This document shows, piece after piece, positions 15,112 to 23,254 of a stretch of DNA of 32,376 nucleotides. The notes beneath the pieces were generated by a model, which was not told the origin of the DNA, made no database searches, and was given only the letters and a program-made list of their open reading frames with translations. This DNA comes from an uncultured Clostridia bacterium. GTDB lineage: Bacteria > Bacillota > Clostridia > Christensenellales > CAG-314. The stretch is taken from assembly GCA_934177025.1 (NCBI GenBank), contig CAKPPA010000001.1, positions 1-32,376 of the forward strand, written 5' to 3'. The first letter of the stretch is position 1. Each line of letters starts with the position of its first letter. The position numbers and the translations under genes are program-made.

Positions 15112-15740
15112 CTCAAACTTTCGCGAATTTTACGGCGTGCCATGTTCGCCGTGGGTTCGTCGATTTTTTCTATCGTTTGCAACGTTTTTTGCCGAAACCG
15201 CACGCAAGCATCCGCCAAAAGCCACGCACGCGCCATGTTCACGTAGTAGCGCGTTTCGTCGTTTTTGTTCGTTACTTCCGTAAGTACGTCCTCCACGTGC
15301 ACTTCGTCCAAATAAAATTTTCGTAAAAACACAAAGCCGAAGCGAGCCGCAAACTCCTCGGGGCGGCGGCACGCCTCACAACCGAAGGCAAAGTACCTTT
15401 CCCTTTCCGCTTGCGGAACGCGAAAGGCGGAAACAAACCCGTCGCACAACGCCCAATTGTCGATTTTTTCCCATGCGGCAACGGTTTTCACGTGTTTTTG
15501 CGCAAAAGGCAACGCTTCGTTTGCCGTTAAGTACAAGTACGTCCATGCTTCCTCAAAACTATCCCCGCGGTACTGCCGAAAAAAATCCTCCGCATCCAAA
15601 GTTTTTGCAAACTTTTTTAACAAAGGAATCCTTACCCCGCAAATTTCGCGGGACACGGGAATCAATTTTTTTTGAAACAACCGGTAAGGTTCCTCCGCAT
15701 TTTCGGTTAGGAATTTGCGAAAATCGTCGTACGTGTTCAT
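15096..15740 (-). CDS. DNA alkylation repair protein (AlkD-like HEAT-repeat family)
   Basis: 214 aa with YRLFQKKLIPVSREICGVRIPLLKKFAKTL, NWALCDGF, FGFVFLRKFY, YYVNMARAWLL and RKIRES, as in the DNA alkylation repair enzyme family. Confidence 0.7.
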   Translation of the reverse strand: MNTYDDFRKFLTENAEEPYRLFQKKLIPVSREICGVRIPLLKKFAKTLDAEDFFRQYRGDSFEEAWTYLYLTANEALPFAQKHVKTVAAWEKIDNWALCDGFVSAFRVPQAERERYFAFGCEACRRPEEFAARFGFVFLRKFYLDEVHVEDVLTEVTNKNDETRYYVNMARAWLLADACVRFRQKTLQTIEKIDEPTANMARRKIRESLRCENP

Positions 15741-15896
15741 AACGGTATTTTAGCACAATTCCCCGCTTTTTGTAAACGGTCAACCCAAAGGAAACTCTTT
15801 TCCGTTGCCGCAAAATCACAAAAACGCAAAAAACCATGTTTTTTCGGAAAAACTTTGCCACAACGGCAAAATACTTCGCTCGTTCGCGCCGAGTTA

Positions 15897-15905
15897 TGCT
15901 ATAAT
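15897..15905 (+). promoter_or_regulatory. extended -10 element upstream of the M20 peptidase gene
   Basis: TGCTATAAT (TG at 15897..15898, TATAAT at 15900..15905), then AAGGAGAG and ATG at 15924. No good -35 seen. Confidence 0.4.
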
Positions 15906-15923
15906 TTTTTTAAGGAGAGAATT

Positions 15924-17108
15924 ATGCAAAAAATTACGGATCCAACAGTGGAATTGTTTTTAAAAGCGGTACAGGTGGACAGTCCGTCCTTTTCGGAAAA
16001 AGCCATGACGGACTTTTTGGCGGAGGAAATCGCACAGCGCGGCTGGGACTGCGAAATTCATCGCCAAACCATTTTTATGAAGGACTTGGACGAGGACTCG
16101 AAAGCACGCCTCAGCGCGGAGGAGCGCGAAAAAAGCACGGAGCAAATGCAAGTTGTCATCGAAGGCAACGATCCGAGCAAAGCGGCGGTGTTTTTTTGTG
16201 CGCACATCGACACGGTCGAACCGGGCAAAAACATTCGCCCCGTAATTGACGGGGACAAAATTCGCACGGACGGCACAACCGTCCTCGGCTCGGACGACAA
16301 AGCGGGCGTTTGCGCCATGATTACCGCCGTGGATCGTGCGCTGAAGGAAAACCTTCCGCACGGAAAAATCGTGCTGGTGTTCGACGCCTTGGAGGAAAAA
16401 GGGCTACTCGGGGCGCGCTTTGTGCCGATTCGCGAACTCGGCGTCGATTACGGCTTTGTGTTCGACACGACGGGCAGCGTCGGGCAATTGGTGGAGCGCG
16501 TGCAACATTCGCATTCCTTTGAAATTCGCCTCAAAGTGAAGGACATCCCAAACCATTCGCATGCGTTTTTGGTGCCGAACGCCTTAACGATTGCCAGCGA
16601 ACTCATTGTAAAACTGCCGAAAGGGCTTTGGAACAAGGAGGAGTACACGTTCCTGCAAGTTTCCAACCTCAAAACCTCGCGGGAAGCGGGCTACGGCGTG
16701 CCGAACGAAGCGGTGATTACGGGTACGATGCGCAGTTTCGTCAAAGGCGAGTTGGAATTACTGCGCATGCAGTTTGAGGAAATTGTAAAAAACTTTTCCG
16801 CACCGAACACGGAAATCACCTACGACGTGAAACCGCAACACACCTTGGGCTACGACCACACGCAAACGGAAACGGGCAGGCTGATGATTCAAAAAGCGGA
16901 GGAAGCGTTAACCGACCTCGGCCGCACGCCGGAGCATTCCCGCCACGGGCTGGGCGGCCATGACGCAAGCATTTTTGTGGAAAAAGGCGTGCCGACCATG
17001 GTGCTTTCCTGCGGCATGCAGGACATTCACACCACAAAAGAATGGATTTACCTGCAGGACTTGACAGATTCCTCGGAACTCATTTACCGACTCATCCGCT
17101 CGGCCTAA
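15924..17108 (+). CDS. M20 family metallopeptidase (peptidase T-like)
   Basis: The ATG at 15924 is preceded by AAGGAGAG. Motifs FCAHIDTV, LGSDDKAGV and DALEEKGLLG. The ORF track start at 15855 is rejected. Confidence 0.8.
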   Translation: MQKITDPTVELFLKAVQVDSPSFSEKAMTDFLAEEIAQRGWDCEIHRQTIFMKDLDEDSKARLSAEEREKSTEQMQVVIEGNDPSKAAVFFCAHIDTVEPGKNIRPVIDGDKIRTDGTTVLGSDDKAGVCAMITAVDRALKENLPHGKIVLVFDALEEKGLLGARFVPIRELGVDYGFVFDTTGSVGQLVERVQHSHSFEIRLKVKDIPNHSHAFLVPNALTIASELIVKLPKGLWNKEEYTFLQVSNLKTSREAGYGVPNEAVITGTMRSFVKGELELLRMQFEEIVKNFSAPNTEITYDVKPQHTLGYDHTQTETGRLMIQKAEEALTDLGRTPEHSRHGLGGHDASIFVEKGVPTMVLSCGMQDIHTTKEWIYLQDLTDSSELIYRLIRSA

Positions 17109-17126
17109 GGCAAAAGGAGGCTTAGT

Positions 17127-18023
17127 ATGAAACACTTTTTCCTGTTCGCCGACGCCACAACGGACGGCGCGGCGGGCGGCTCGACAAACGGCGTTGATCT
17201 CAATCAAATTTGGAATCAAATCGTGCAGTTTTTCATCACTTCGGGTTGGAGCTTGGTGTGGTTTTTCATTGCGCTGATCCTCGGAGTAATCCTCGTAAAA
17301 ATTTTGCGAAAAATCATTCACAAACTGTTTGCCCGTAGCAAAATCGACCACACGATTTTGGACTTTTTTGAACAAATCATCAAATTCACTATGGATTTGA
17401 TTTTGATCATCATTTTGGCAAACATCATCGGCATCAACACCACTTCGCTGGTAACCATGCTCGGTGCCGCAGGCTTGGCTGTCGGCCTCGCCGTGCAGGA
17501 TTCGCTCAGCAACTTTGCCAACGGCATGATTTTGATTTTTACCAAACCGTTTAAGGAAGGCAATTACGTGGACGTTGCCGGCACCAGCGGCGTAATTCAA
17601 TCCGTAGGGCTGATTGTAACCACCTTAAAAACCTACGACAACAAAATCATCACCGTGCCGAACAGTTTGATTACCAAGGACGTCATCGTCAACTACGAAG
17701 CCTCCGAAACGCGGCGGCTGAACATGTCCATTTCCATCGCCATCGGCGAGGATTTCGACAAGGTAAAACGCGTGCTCGACAACGTGATGCGCAATCACCC
17801 GATGGTGCTGAAAAATCCCGAACCGTACATTAAGCTGGATTCCTTCAATTCGTCGAGTTTAACGGTAATTTACCGTTGCTACGTCAAAACGCCGGACTAC
17901 TGGTCGGCTTACTGGGATTTTAACGAATTGGTGTACAAAGCGTTCCGCGAAAACGGCATCAACATCCCTTACAACAAGTTGGACGTACGCGTGGTTTCCG
18001 ATGCGTTAAACAACGTCGATTAA
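17127..18023 (+). CDS. mechanosensitive ion channel (MscS family)
   Basis: Three N-terminal TM helices, then GAAGLAVGLAVQDSLSNFANGMILIFTKPFKEGNYVDVAGTSGVIQSVGLIVTTLKTYDNKIITVPNS. SD AAAGGAGG lies upstream. Confidence 0.85.
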   Translation: MKHFFLFADATTDGAAGGSTNGVDLNQIWNQIVQFFITSGWSLVWFFIALILGVILVKILRKIIHKLFARSKIDHTILDFFEQIIKFTMDLILIIILANIIGINTTSLVTMLGAAGLAVGLAVQDSLSNFANGMILIFTKPFKEGNYVDVAGTSGVIQSVGLIVTTLKTYDNKIITVPNSLITKDVIVNYEASETRRLNMSISIAIGEDFDKVKRVLDNVMRNHPMVLKNPEPYIKLDSFNSSSLTVIYRCYVKTPDYWSAYWDFNELVYKAFRENGINIPYNKLDVRVVSDALNNVD

Positions 18024-18046
18024 TCCCACCCCCTATTCCCTACGTT

Positions 18047-18073
18047 GTCCCCGTTTTTACGGGGACTTTTTTT
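18047..18073 (+). terminator. terminator of the MscS-family channel gene
   Basis: GTCCCCG-TTTTTA-CGGGGAC followed by seven T. Confidence 0.85.
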
Positions 18074-18246
18074 GCCTTTTTTGCGCATCCGCTTTTTCGT
18101 CCCCCTTTTCGTAAGTTTTTGGAATGGAACGGCTTTTCCTTTTTCGTAAGGTTTCACGGTTTTTCTTTTTCCTTGTTTTCCCCTGTTCCGTACCGACGCT
18201 TCCCTTCCTTTTTTCCTTTTTCCCTTGTTTTGCCTTTTTTACTCGT

Positions 18247-18276
18247 AAAAAAAGCGAGGAACGTTTTGTTCCCCGC
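18247..18276 (-). terminator. pepV terminator
   Basis: Arms GCGAGGAAC (18254..18262) and GTTCCCCGC (18268..18276) with one mismatch. On the minus strand it is followed by TTTTTTT. Confidence 0.65.
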
Positions 18277-18332
18277 TTACTTTCGGTTTCCTTTTTTACG
18301 TTGTTTTTCGCAAACGCAAGTGTATTTTTTTG

Positions 18333-19670
18333 TTACTCGCAAAGACGGCGAAATGCTTCGTAGTACATTTCCGTCATTTGCATCAGGCGCGTAATCGAAA
18401 TGTACTCGTTCGTCATGTGTTCCACCATTTCGTCGCCCGGGAACATCGGCCCGAACGCCACGCACAACGGCAACATACGGCTATACGTACCGCCGCCGAT
18501 GGCGATTGCGTGCGCTTCGGTGTGCGTAATGTCCGAGTACACTTTCAGCAACGTTTGCACCAATTCCGATTCCTCCGGCACCCACAACGGTTTGTTTGCG
18601 TGACCGCCCAAAATACGGAAGCCCGCCGGCGAATTTTCCTTCATTTTTTCCGTCAGTTGTTCGGACGTAAACGTTACCGGATAGCGAATGTCCAGCCCCA
18701 GCACCAACGTGCCGTTGTCCGTTTTTACGGTACCGATGTTAACGGAAATGCGCCCGCTTTCCTTATCCTCAAACGGGAAGCCCCAAGCCCCCGCAAACGT
18801 ATCCGCCGCGATTTTTTCGCTCACAAACCGAATCGTTTCGTCGTTCGGGAAGGTTTTTGCCAAAGCACGGAACATTGCCCACGTTGCGTTCACACCCTTT
18901 TCCGGTTGTGCGCCGTGCGCCGCCACACCGCGGGAGGTCAGGTAAATGCCGTCCTCACACTCCGCAATTTCAACGCCCTCTTCCTTAAAGAATTTCGTTT
19001 CGGTGCCCCGTTTCACTTTTGCCGTACACAAATCCGGCACAATGTTGATTCGGCTGCCTGCCGCAATTTCCAAAATGTTTTCGTCGATTTTCCCTGGGGT
19101 TACCATCATGGCGTAAATGCCTTTTTCCACGTTGATAACCGGAAAATCGCCGTCCGGCGAGATTGCCGCGGAAGGAATTTCCTCATGTTTTAAGTAGTAG
19201 CGCATGCAACCCATGCCGCTTTCCTCATTGCACCCGAAAATCAGGCGAATGCGCTTTTTCGGCTGAAAACCGTTGTCCTTCAATGCTTTTAACGCAAACA
19301 ACGCCGCCATCATCGGACCTTTGTCGTCAATCGTGCCTCGGCCGTAAATTTTGTCGCCGATCACTTCGCCGGAGAACGGAGGCGCAATCCAGCCGTCTTC
19401 CGACACAGGCACAACGTCCAAATGCCCCAAAACGCCGAACAGCTCTTCCCCTTCGCCGAATTCGATATGTCCCGCGTAATAATCGCAATTATGCGTTTGA
19501 AAACCCATTTTTTTCCCGAGTTCGAGGACGTAGTCGAGGCAATCCGCACAGCCTTGTCCGAACGGTGCGTTCGGCTTTGCTTCCGCCTGAATCGTGTTAA
19601 AACTTACCACGTTGCGAATTTCCCGAATTAATTCCTCCCGATAACCTTCGAGCAATTTTTTCGAATCCAT
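18333..19670 (-). CDS. pepV: dipeptidase PepV-type (M20 family)
   Basis: 445 aa with motifs GHLDVVP, GRGTIDDKGP and FGCNEESG. SD AAGGAGACGG lies upstream. Confidence 0.85.
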   Translation of the reverse strand: MDSKKLLEGYREELIREIRNVVSFNTIQAEAKPNAPFGQGCADCLDYVLELGKKMGFQTHNCDYYAGHIEFGEGEELFGVLGHLDVVPVSEDGWIAPPFSGEVIGDKIYGRGTIDDKGPMMAALFALKALKDNGFQPKKRIRLIFGCNEESGMGCMRYYLKHEEIPSAAISPDGDFPVINVEKGIYAMMVTPGKIDENILEIAAGSRINIVPDLCTAKVKRGTETKFFKEEGVEIAECEDGIYLTSRGVAAHGAQPEKGVNATWAMFRALAKTFPNDETIRFVSEKIAADTFAGAWGFPFEDKESGRISVNIGTVKTDNGTLVLGLDIRYPVTFTSEQLTEKMKENSPAGFRILGGHANKPLWVPEESELVQTLLKVYSDITHTEAHAIAIGGGTYSRMLPLCVAFGPMFPGDEMVEHMTNEYISITRLMQMTEMYYEAFRRLCE

Positions 19671-19716
19671 TTCCGTCTCCTTTCGGGCTTACCGCCCACA
19701 AATATCCTTATTATTA

Positions 19717-19745
19717 TACACAAAAACATTGGATTGTGCTATATT
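19717..19745 (+). promoter_or_regulatory. candidate radC-gltX promoter with extended -10
   Basis: TACACA (19717..19722), 17-nt spacer ending in TGC, TATATT (19740..19745). Confidence 0.4.
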
Positions 19746-19775
19746 ATTTATAAAATCGGTTAAAAAAGTACGAAG

Positions 19776-20552
19776 ATGGAAAAAAGAAAGAACGACAACG
19801 AAGGACATCGGGAACGCGTCCGTCAAAAAATTGAGGAAGGCGGCATAGAACACTTTCATCCGCACGAAGTGTTGGAGTATTTGCTGTTTCAAATTGTGCC
19901 TTACCGCGACACCAACAAAATCGCACACGAAATGTTGGACTATTTCGGCAGTTTTTCCGGCGTTTTAAACGCCCCGAAGGAGGAACTGATGAAATTCCCC
20001 TTCATTTCCGACCGCGGCGCACTGTTTTTAAACAGCCTCCCCGACATTTTTCGCTACTACTGCCGCGACAATTTAAGTAATCGCAAATGCCTGCAAACGG
20101 TGTCGCAAGTTTGGGAGTACTGCAAGGAACTGTTAAGTTTTTCGACGAACGAGGAATTGTACCTCATTTGCCTCGATGCCTCCAACGTCATTTTAGGGAC
20201 GTTCCGTTTGGCGGAAGGCAGCGTCAACACGGTGGAGGTTTCCGTTGTGGAAATCGTCCGCAAAATTTTAACGTTTCACGCATCCTCCGTCATCCTTGCG
20301 CACTCGCACCCGCGCGGCCATGCCAGCCCATCCATGCAGGACGAGCACATTACGCAAATTTTATGCAGCACCCTGATGGGGATTCAAGTGGATTTACTGG
20401 AACACATCATCATTGCGGGGACGGACAAATTTTACAGTTTTAACCACAGCGGCAAACTAAACGGTTACCGAAACACCTATCTGAACTACCATCATATGCC
20501 GAGTTTCACACAAAACAACGGAGGTCTTTACGACGATGTCACAGAAGATTGA
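19776..20552 (+). CDS. radC: RadC-family JAB/MPN domain protein
   Basis: JAMM motif AHSHPRGHASPSMQD. The N-terminal HhH-like region has HRERVRQK...EVLEYLL. Confidence 0.85.
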   Translation: MEKRKNDNEGHRERVRQKIEEGGIEHFHPHEVLEYLLFQIVPYRDTNKIAHEMLDYFGSFSGVLNAPKEELMKFPFISDRGALFLNSLPDIFRYYCRDNLSNRKCLQTVSQVWEYCKELLSFSTNEELYLICLDASNVILGTFRLAEGSVNTVEVSVVEIVRKILTFHASSVILAHSHPRGHASPSMQDEHITQILCSTLMGIQVDLLEHIIIAGTDKFYSFNHSGKLNGYRNTYLNYHHMPSFTQNNGGLYDDVTED

Positions 20553-21993
20553 AACCATACGCACGCGTTTTGCACCAAGCCCTACGGGGTACTTACATAT
20601 CGGCGGATTACGCACGGCACTGTATTCCTACCTTTATGCCAAAAAAACGGGAGGAAAGTTTATTTTGCGCATTGAGGATACCGACCTCGAACGCTACGTG
20701 GACGGGGCAGTGCAAATGATTATGGACACCCTGCACGAAACGGGCATCGACTACGACGAAGGTCCGGACGTCGGCGGCGACTACGGCCCTTACATTCAAA
20801 GCGAACGCAAAAACGAATACTTAAAGTACGCCTTGCAACTTGTGGAAAAGGGCGAAGCCTACTACTGCTTTTGCACCAAGGAACGGTTGGATTCGCTGAC
20901 GGACGAAACGGGCGCAAAAAAATACGATCGTCATTGCCTGAGCTTGTCCGCAGAGGAAATTCAAAGTAACTTAAAAAACGGCGTGCCTTACGTCATTCGT
21001 CAAAAAATGCCGACGGAAGGCGTCAGCACTTACGAGGATATGGTGTTCGGCACGATTTCGGTGGAAAACAAGGAATTGGAGGACAACATCCTCATCAAAT
21101 CGGACGGAATGCCGACGTACAATTTCGCCAACGTCATTGACGACCACCTCATGGGCATCAACTGCGTCATGCGCGGCACGGAGTACCTTTCCTCCACGCC
21201 GAAGTACAACCTGTTGTACGATGCGTTCGGGTGGGATCGCCCGATTTACGTGCATATGCCGCCGATCATGAAAGATGCTACCCACAAACTTTCCAAACGC
21301 AACGGCGACGCAAGTTATCAGGATTTAAAGGAAAAGGGCTTTGTAAAGGAAGCCATTTTGAACTACATTGCACTCCTCGGTTGGTCGCCGAAATCCAATC
21401 AGGAAAAAATGACCTTCGACGAACTGAAGGAAGCGTTTTCCTTGGAAGGTATTTCCAAATCCCCTTCCATTTTCGACGAAACGAAACTTCGTTGGTTAAA
21501 CGGCTTGTACTTAAAGGAAATGGATTTTGATGCTTTCGTTGCCGCCGCAAAACCGTACTTGGCACAATGCGAAGCGGGGCAAAAGTACGATGCGGAAAAA
21601 CTTTGCCGTTTGGCGCAACCGCGCGTCGAAACGCTGGCGGATGTTCCGCAACTTGTTTCCTTTTTGACGGAATTCGGTGCGTACGACCTGTCGCTGATGG
21701 AACACAAACGCTCCAAATCCAACGTGGAAACGGCAAAAACCTACTTGCCGATGGTGCTCGAAGCGTGGGAAGCCCTGCCGCAATGGAACGAGGAATCCCT
21801 CCACGGCGCACTGACGCATTTAATCGAACGCGAAAACGTCAAAACGGGCATCATCTTTTGGCCGGCACGCGTGGCGATTTCCGCAAAGGAATCCACCCCG
21901 GGCGGCCCTGTGGAACTTGCCGACCTGTTAGGCAGGGAGGAAACGCTGCGTCGCTTGCGGTTTTCCCTCGATTTACTCCACCGCGCCGAATAA
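20536..21993 (+). CDS. gltX: glutamate-tRNA ligase
   Basis: HIGH motif PSPTGYLHIGGLRTAL, KMSKS motif KLSKRNG. GGAGG lies 12 nt upstream of the ATG, inside the radC 3' end. Confidence 0.9.
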   Translation: MSQKIETIRTRFAPSPTGYLHIGGLRTALYSYLYAKKTGGKFILRIEDTDLERYVDGAVQMIMDTLHETGIDYDEGPDVGGDYGPYIQSERKNEYLKYALQLVEKGEAYYCFCTKERLDSLTDETGAKKYDRHCLSLSAEEIQSNLKNGVPYVIRQKMPTEGVSTYEDMVFGTISVENKELEDNILIKSDGMPTYNFANVIDDHLMGINCVMRGTEYLSSTPKYNLLYDAFGWDRPIYVHMPPIMKDATHKLSKRNGDASYQDLKEKGFVKEAILNYIALLGWSPKSNQEKMTFDELKEAFSLEGISKSPSIFDETKLRWLNGLYLKEMDFDAFVAAAKPYLAQCEAGQKYDAEKLCRLAQPRVETLADVPQLVSFLTEFGAYDLSLMEHKRSKSNVETAKTYLPMVLEAWEALPQWNEESLHGALTHLIERENVKTGIIFWPARVAISAKESTPGGPVELADLLGREETLRRLRFSLDLLHRAE

Positions 21994-22026
21994 CCTTTTT
22001 GCCCCTGCCGTTCGGCACACGAGGCG

Positions 22027-22071
22027 GAATCGGTTTTTTAAGCGTTACGAATTTACAAAAAAAGGAAGTGA
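22027..22071. repeat. left copy of the 45/46-nt direct repeat flanking the AT-rich islet
   Basis: GAATCGGTTTTTTAAGCGTTACGAATTTACAAAAAAAGGAAGTGA. The last 30 nt (22042..22071) are identical to 23271..23300. Confidence 0.85.
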
Positions 22072-22107
22072 TAGGGTTGTCACTTTTGAAACTAGTAGAA
22101 TAAAAAT

Positions 22108-22162
22108 AAGGAACAATGCTCTTTGGGGGTTCCCCTCATTTAAAAAGCAAAGTTCCTTTTTT
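22108..22162. terminator. long imperfect hairpin with flanking T/A runs, probable terminator of the XRE gene
   Basis: AAGGAAC (22108..22114) pairs with GTTCCTT (22152..22158) and encloses an inner GCTCTTT/AAAAAGC pairing. TTTT follows on the plus strand and ATTTTTATT on the minus strand. Confidence 0.4.
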
Positions 22163-22248
22163 ATTTGTTGCAAAAATGGTTGTCCAAGGGTTAAAATAAT
22201 TAAAACTAGTAAAAAAAGCATATTTTTAATATATATCCTTTTAATATT

Positions 22249-22458
22249 CTAATACGCTCCGACCAATTCATCAATAGAGATATTAAAAAATTTCGCAAGT
22301 ACAATTAAAGAATGCATGGTTGGTTCTCTAAGACCATTTTCCCACAAACTAATAACTCCTTTACTCACCCCTATTGCTTTAGCTAATTCAACTTGACCCA
22401 AAAATTTTTCTTGTCTTAATTCTTTTAAATTTTCTTTAAACTTATTTTGATATATCAT
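22249..22458 (-). CDS. XRE-family helix-turn-helix transcriptional regulator
   Basis: 69 aa. LRQEKFLGQVELAKAIGVSKGVISLWENGLREPTMHSLIVLAKFFNISIDELVG is a classic Cro/C1-type HTH. Confidence 0.85.
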   Translation of the reverse strand: MIYQNKFKENLKELRQEKFLGQVELAKAIGVSKGVISLWENGLREPTMHSLIVLAKFFNISIDELVGAY

Positions 22459-22469
22459 ATTTTGATGTT

Positions 22470-22520
22470 CTCACAAATGTAAGAAGAATACTTGACTTCT
22501 TACAAATGTAAGAATATAAT
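22470..22520 (+). promoter_or_regulatory. promoter of the zinc-ribbon gene with two palindromic operators
   Basis: TTGACT (22492..22497), 17-nt spacer, TATAAT (22515..22520). Operators are CTCACAAATGTAAG (22470..22483) and the perfect palindrome CTTACAAATGTAAG (22499..22512, inside the spacer), 29 nt apart. Confidence 0.6.
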
Positions 22521-22551
22521 ATGATTAAATTATAAAAGGAGGAAAAGTAAG

Positions 22552-22875
22552 ATGAAATGTTCAAAATGCGGAAAGGAAATCCATGATGATGCGGAAATTT
22601 GTGTTCATTGTGGTTGTAGGGTAAAAAATGAACCAATATTAACTTCAAATGATAGTAAAAACGCAGTAAGGTTTGCTTTAACATTTTTCTTAGGTTTTAT
22701 CGGCAGTTTTATTATAAATCACACAAATTTAAAACCTGATGGATGGAAATCAAGAACTTGTGCGTATTTTTTTCTTTCCCTTGTTACTTTTGGTATTTAT
22801 CAATTAGTTGCTTCAATTTGCAATTTTACCTTTAATGCTCAACAATCTTCAAACATAGGATATTTTAAAGATTAG
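22552..22875 (+). CDS. zinc-ribbon plus TM2-like two-helix membrane protein
   Basis: 107 aa. CSKCGKEIHDDAEICVHCGC provides four Cys. Hydrophobic segments FALTFFLGFIGSFIINH and CAYFFLSLVTFGIYQLVASI follow. SD AAGGAGG lies 9 nt upstream. Confidence 0.7.
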   Translation: MKCSKCGKEIHDDAEICVHCGCRVKNEPILTSNDSKNAVRFALTFFLGFIGSFIINHTNLKPDGWKSRTCAYFFLSLVTFGIYQLVASICNFTFNAQQSSNIGYFKD

Positions 22876-23015
22876 TAACTTATTTATAAATATATGAATA
22901 AAACAAACTAAAAAGCCACCTTAGTATTTAAACGTGTGCTTATCTTGATACAAGTGTTCTCGCTTCGCTCGAACAGACAAGCACGCTCCTATAACTAAAT
23001 TGAAGCAACCAAAAA

Positions 23016-23053
23016 GTGAAAGTGTTGGTGGACGTAACACACTTTCGCTTTTT
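23016..23053 (+). terminator. terminator downstream of the zinc-ribbon gene
   Basis: GTGAAAGTGT (23016..23025) pairs with ACACTTTCGC (23039..23048) around a 13-nt loop. TTTTT follows. Confidence 0.6.
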
Positions 23054-23254
23054 GCTGTTCTATACAATGTCTAATTTATTCTATGGTGCACTTGGCAAGG
23101 GGTTCTGAAATGATTTTTCTTTTGCTGGTTAAACCAGAGAAACGCTATTTGTGCTTGTGGGGCTTCGCCCTTTTCCTTTCTCTGCCTTTTTGTATTTTTT
23201 CATTTCTTCTCTTGTCAAGTACCTTTCACGGCATAAAATAGCCCATAAAAAAGC

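Larger units (their letters stand above)
22072..23254. mobile_element. AT-rich 1.2-kb insertion (integrated-element remnant or islet) inside the gltX/argS terminator
   Basis: There is an abrupt, visible drop in GC relative to both flanks. The segment is bounded by direct repeats, and the right repeat completes a terminator hairpin that the left repeat truncates. No recombinase gene is present. Confidence 0.55.

Noticed and set aside
16908-17600. Long shadow ORFs antisense to or out of frame with real genes: 16908..17600, 18330..19193, 6474..7316, 28768..29442, 30261..30782, 14474..15061, 1095..1547, 21278..21811
   Set aside because: Each lies wholly within or across a well-supported conserved gene. 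The translations are R/H/A/P-rich nonsense with no recognisable motifs, as expected for shadow ORFs at this GC content.
22072-23254. Integrase, transposase or terminal inverted repeats in the AT-rich islet
   Set aside because: The only ORFs of 60 aa or more are the XRE gene, the zinc-ribbon gene and a junk ORF (22442..22684) overlapping the promoter region. I recognised no inverted repeats at the islet ends, so I cannot call it an IS or an intact integrative element.
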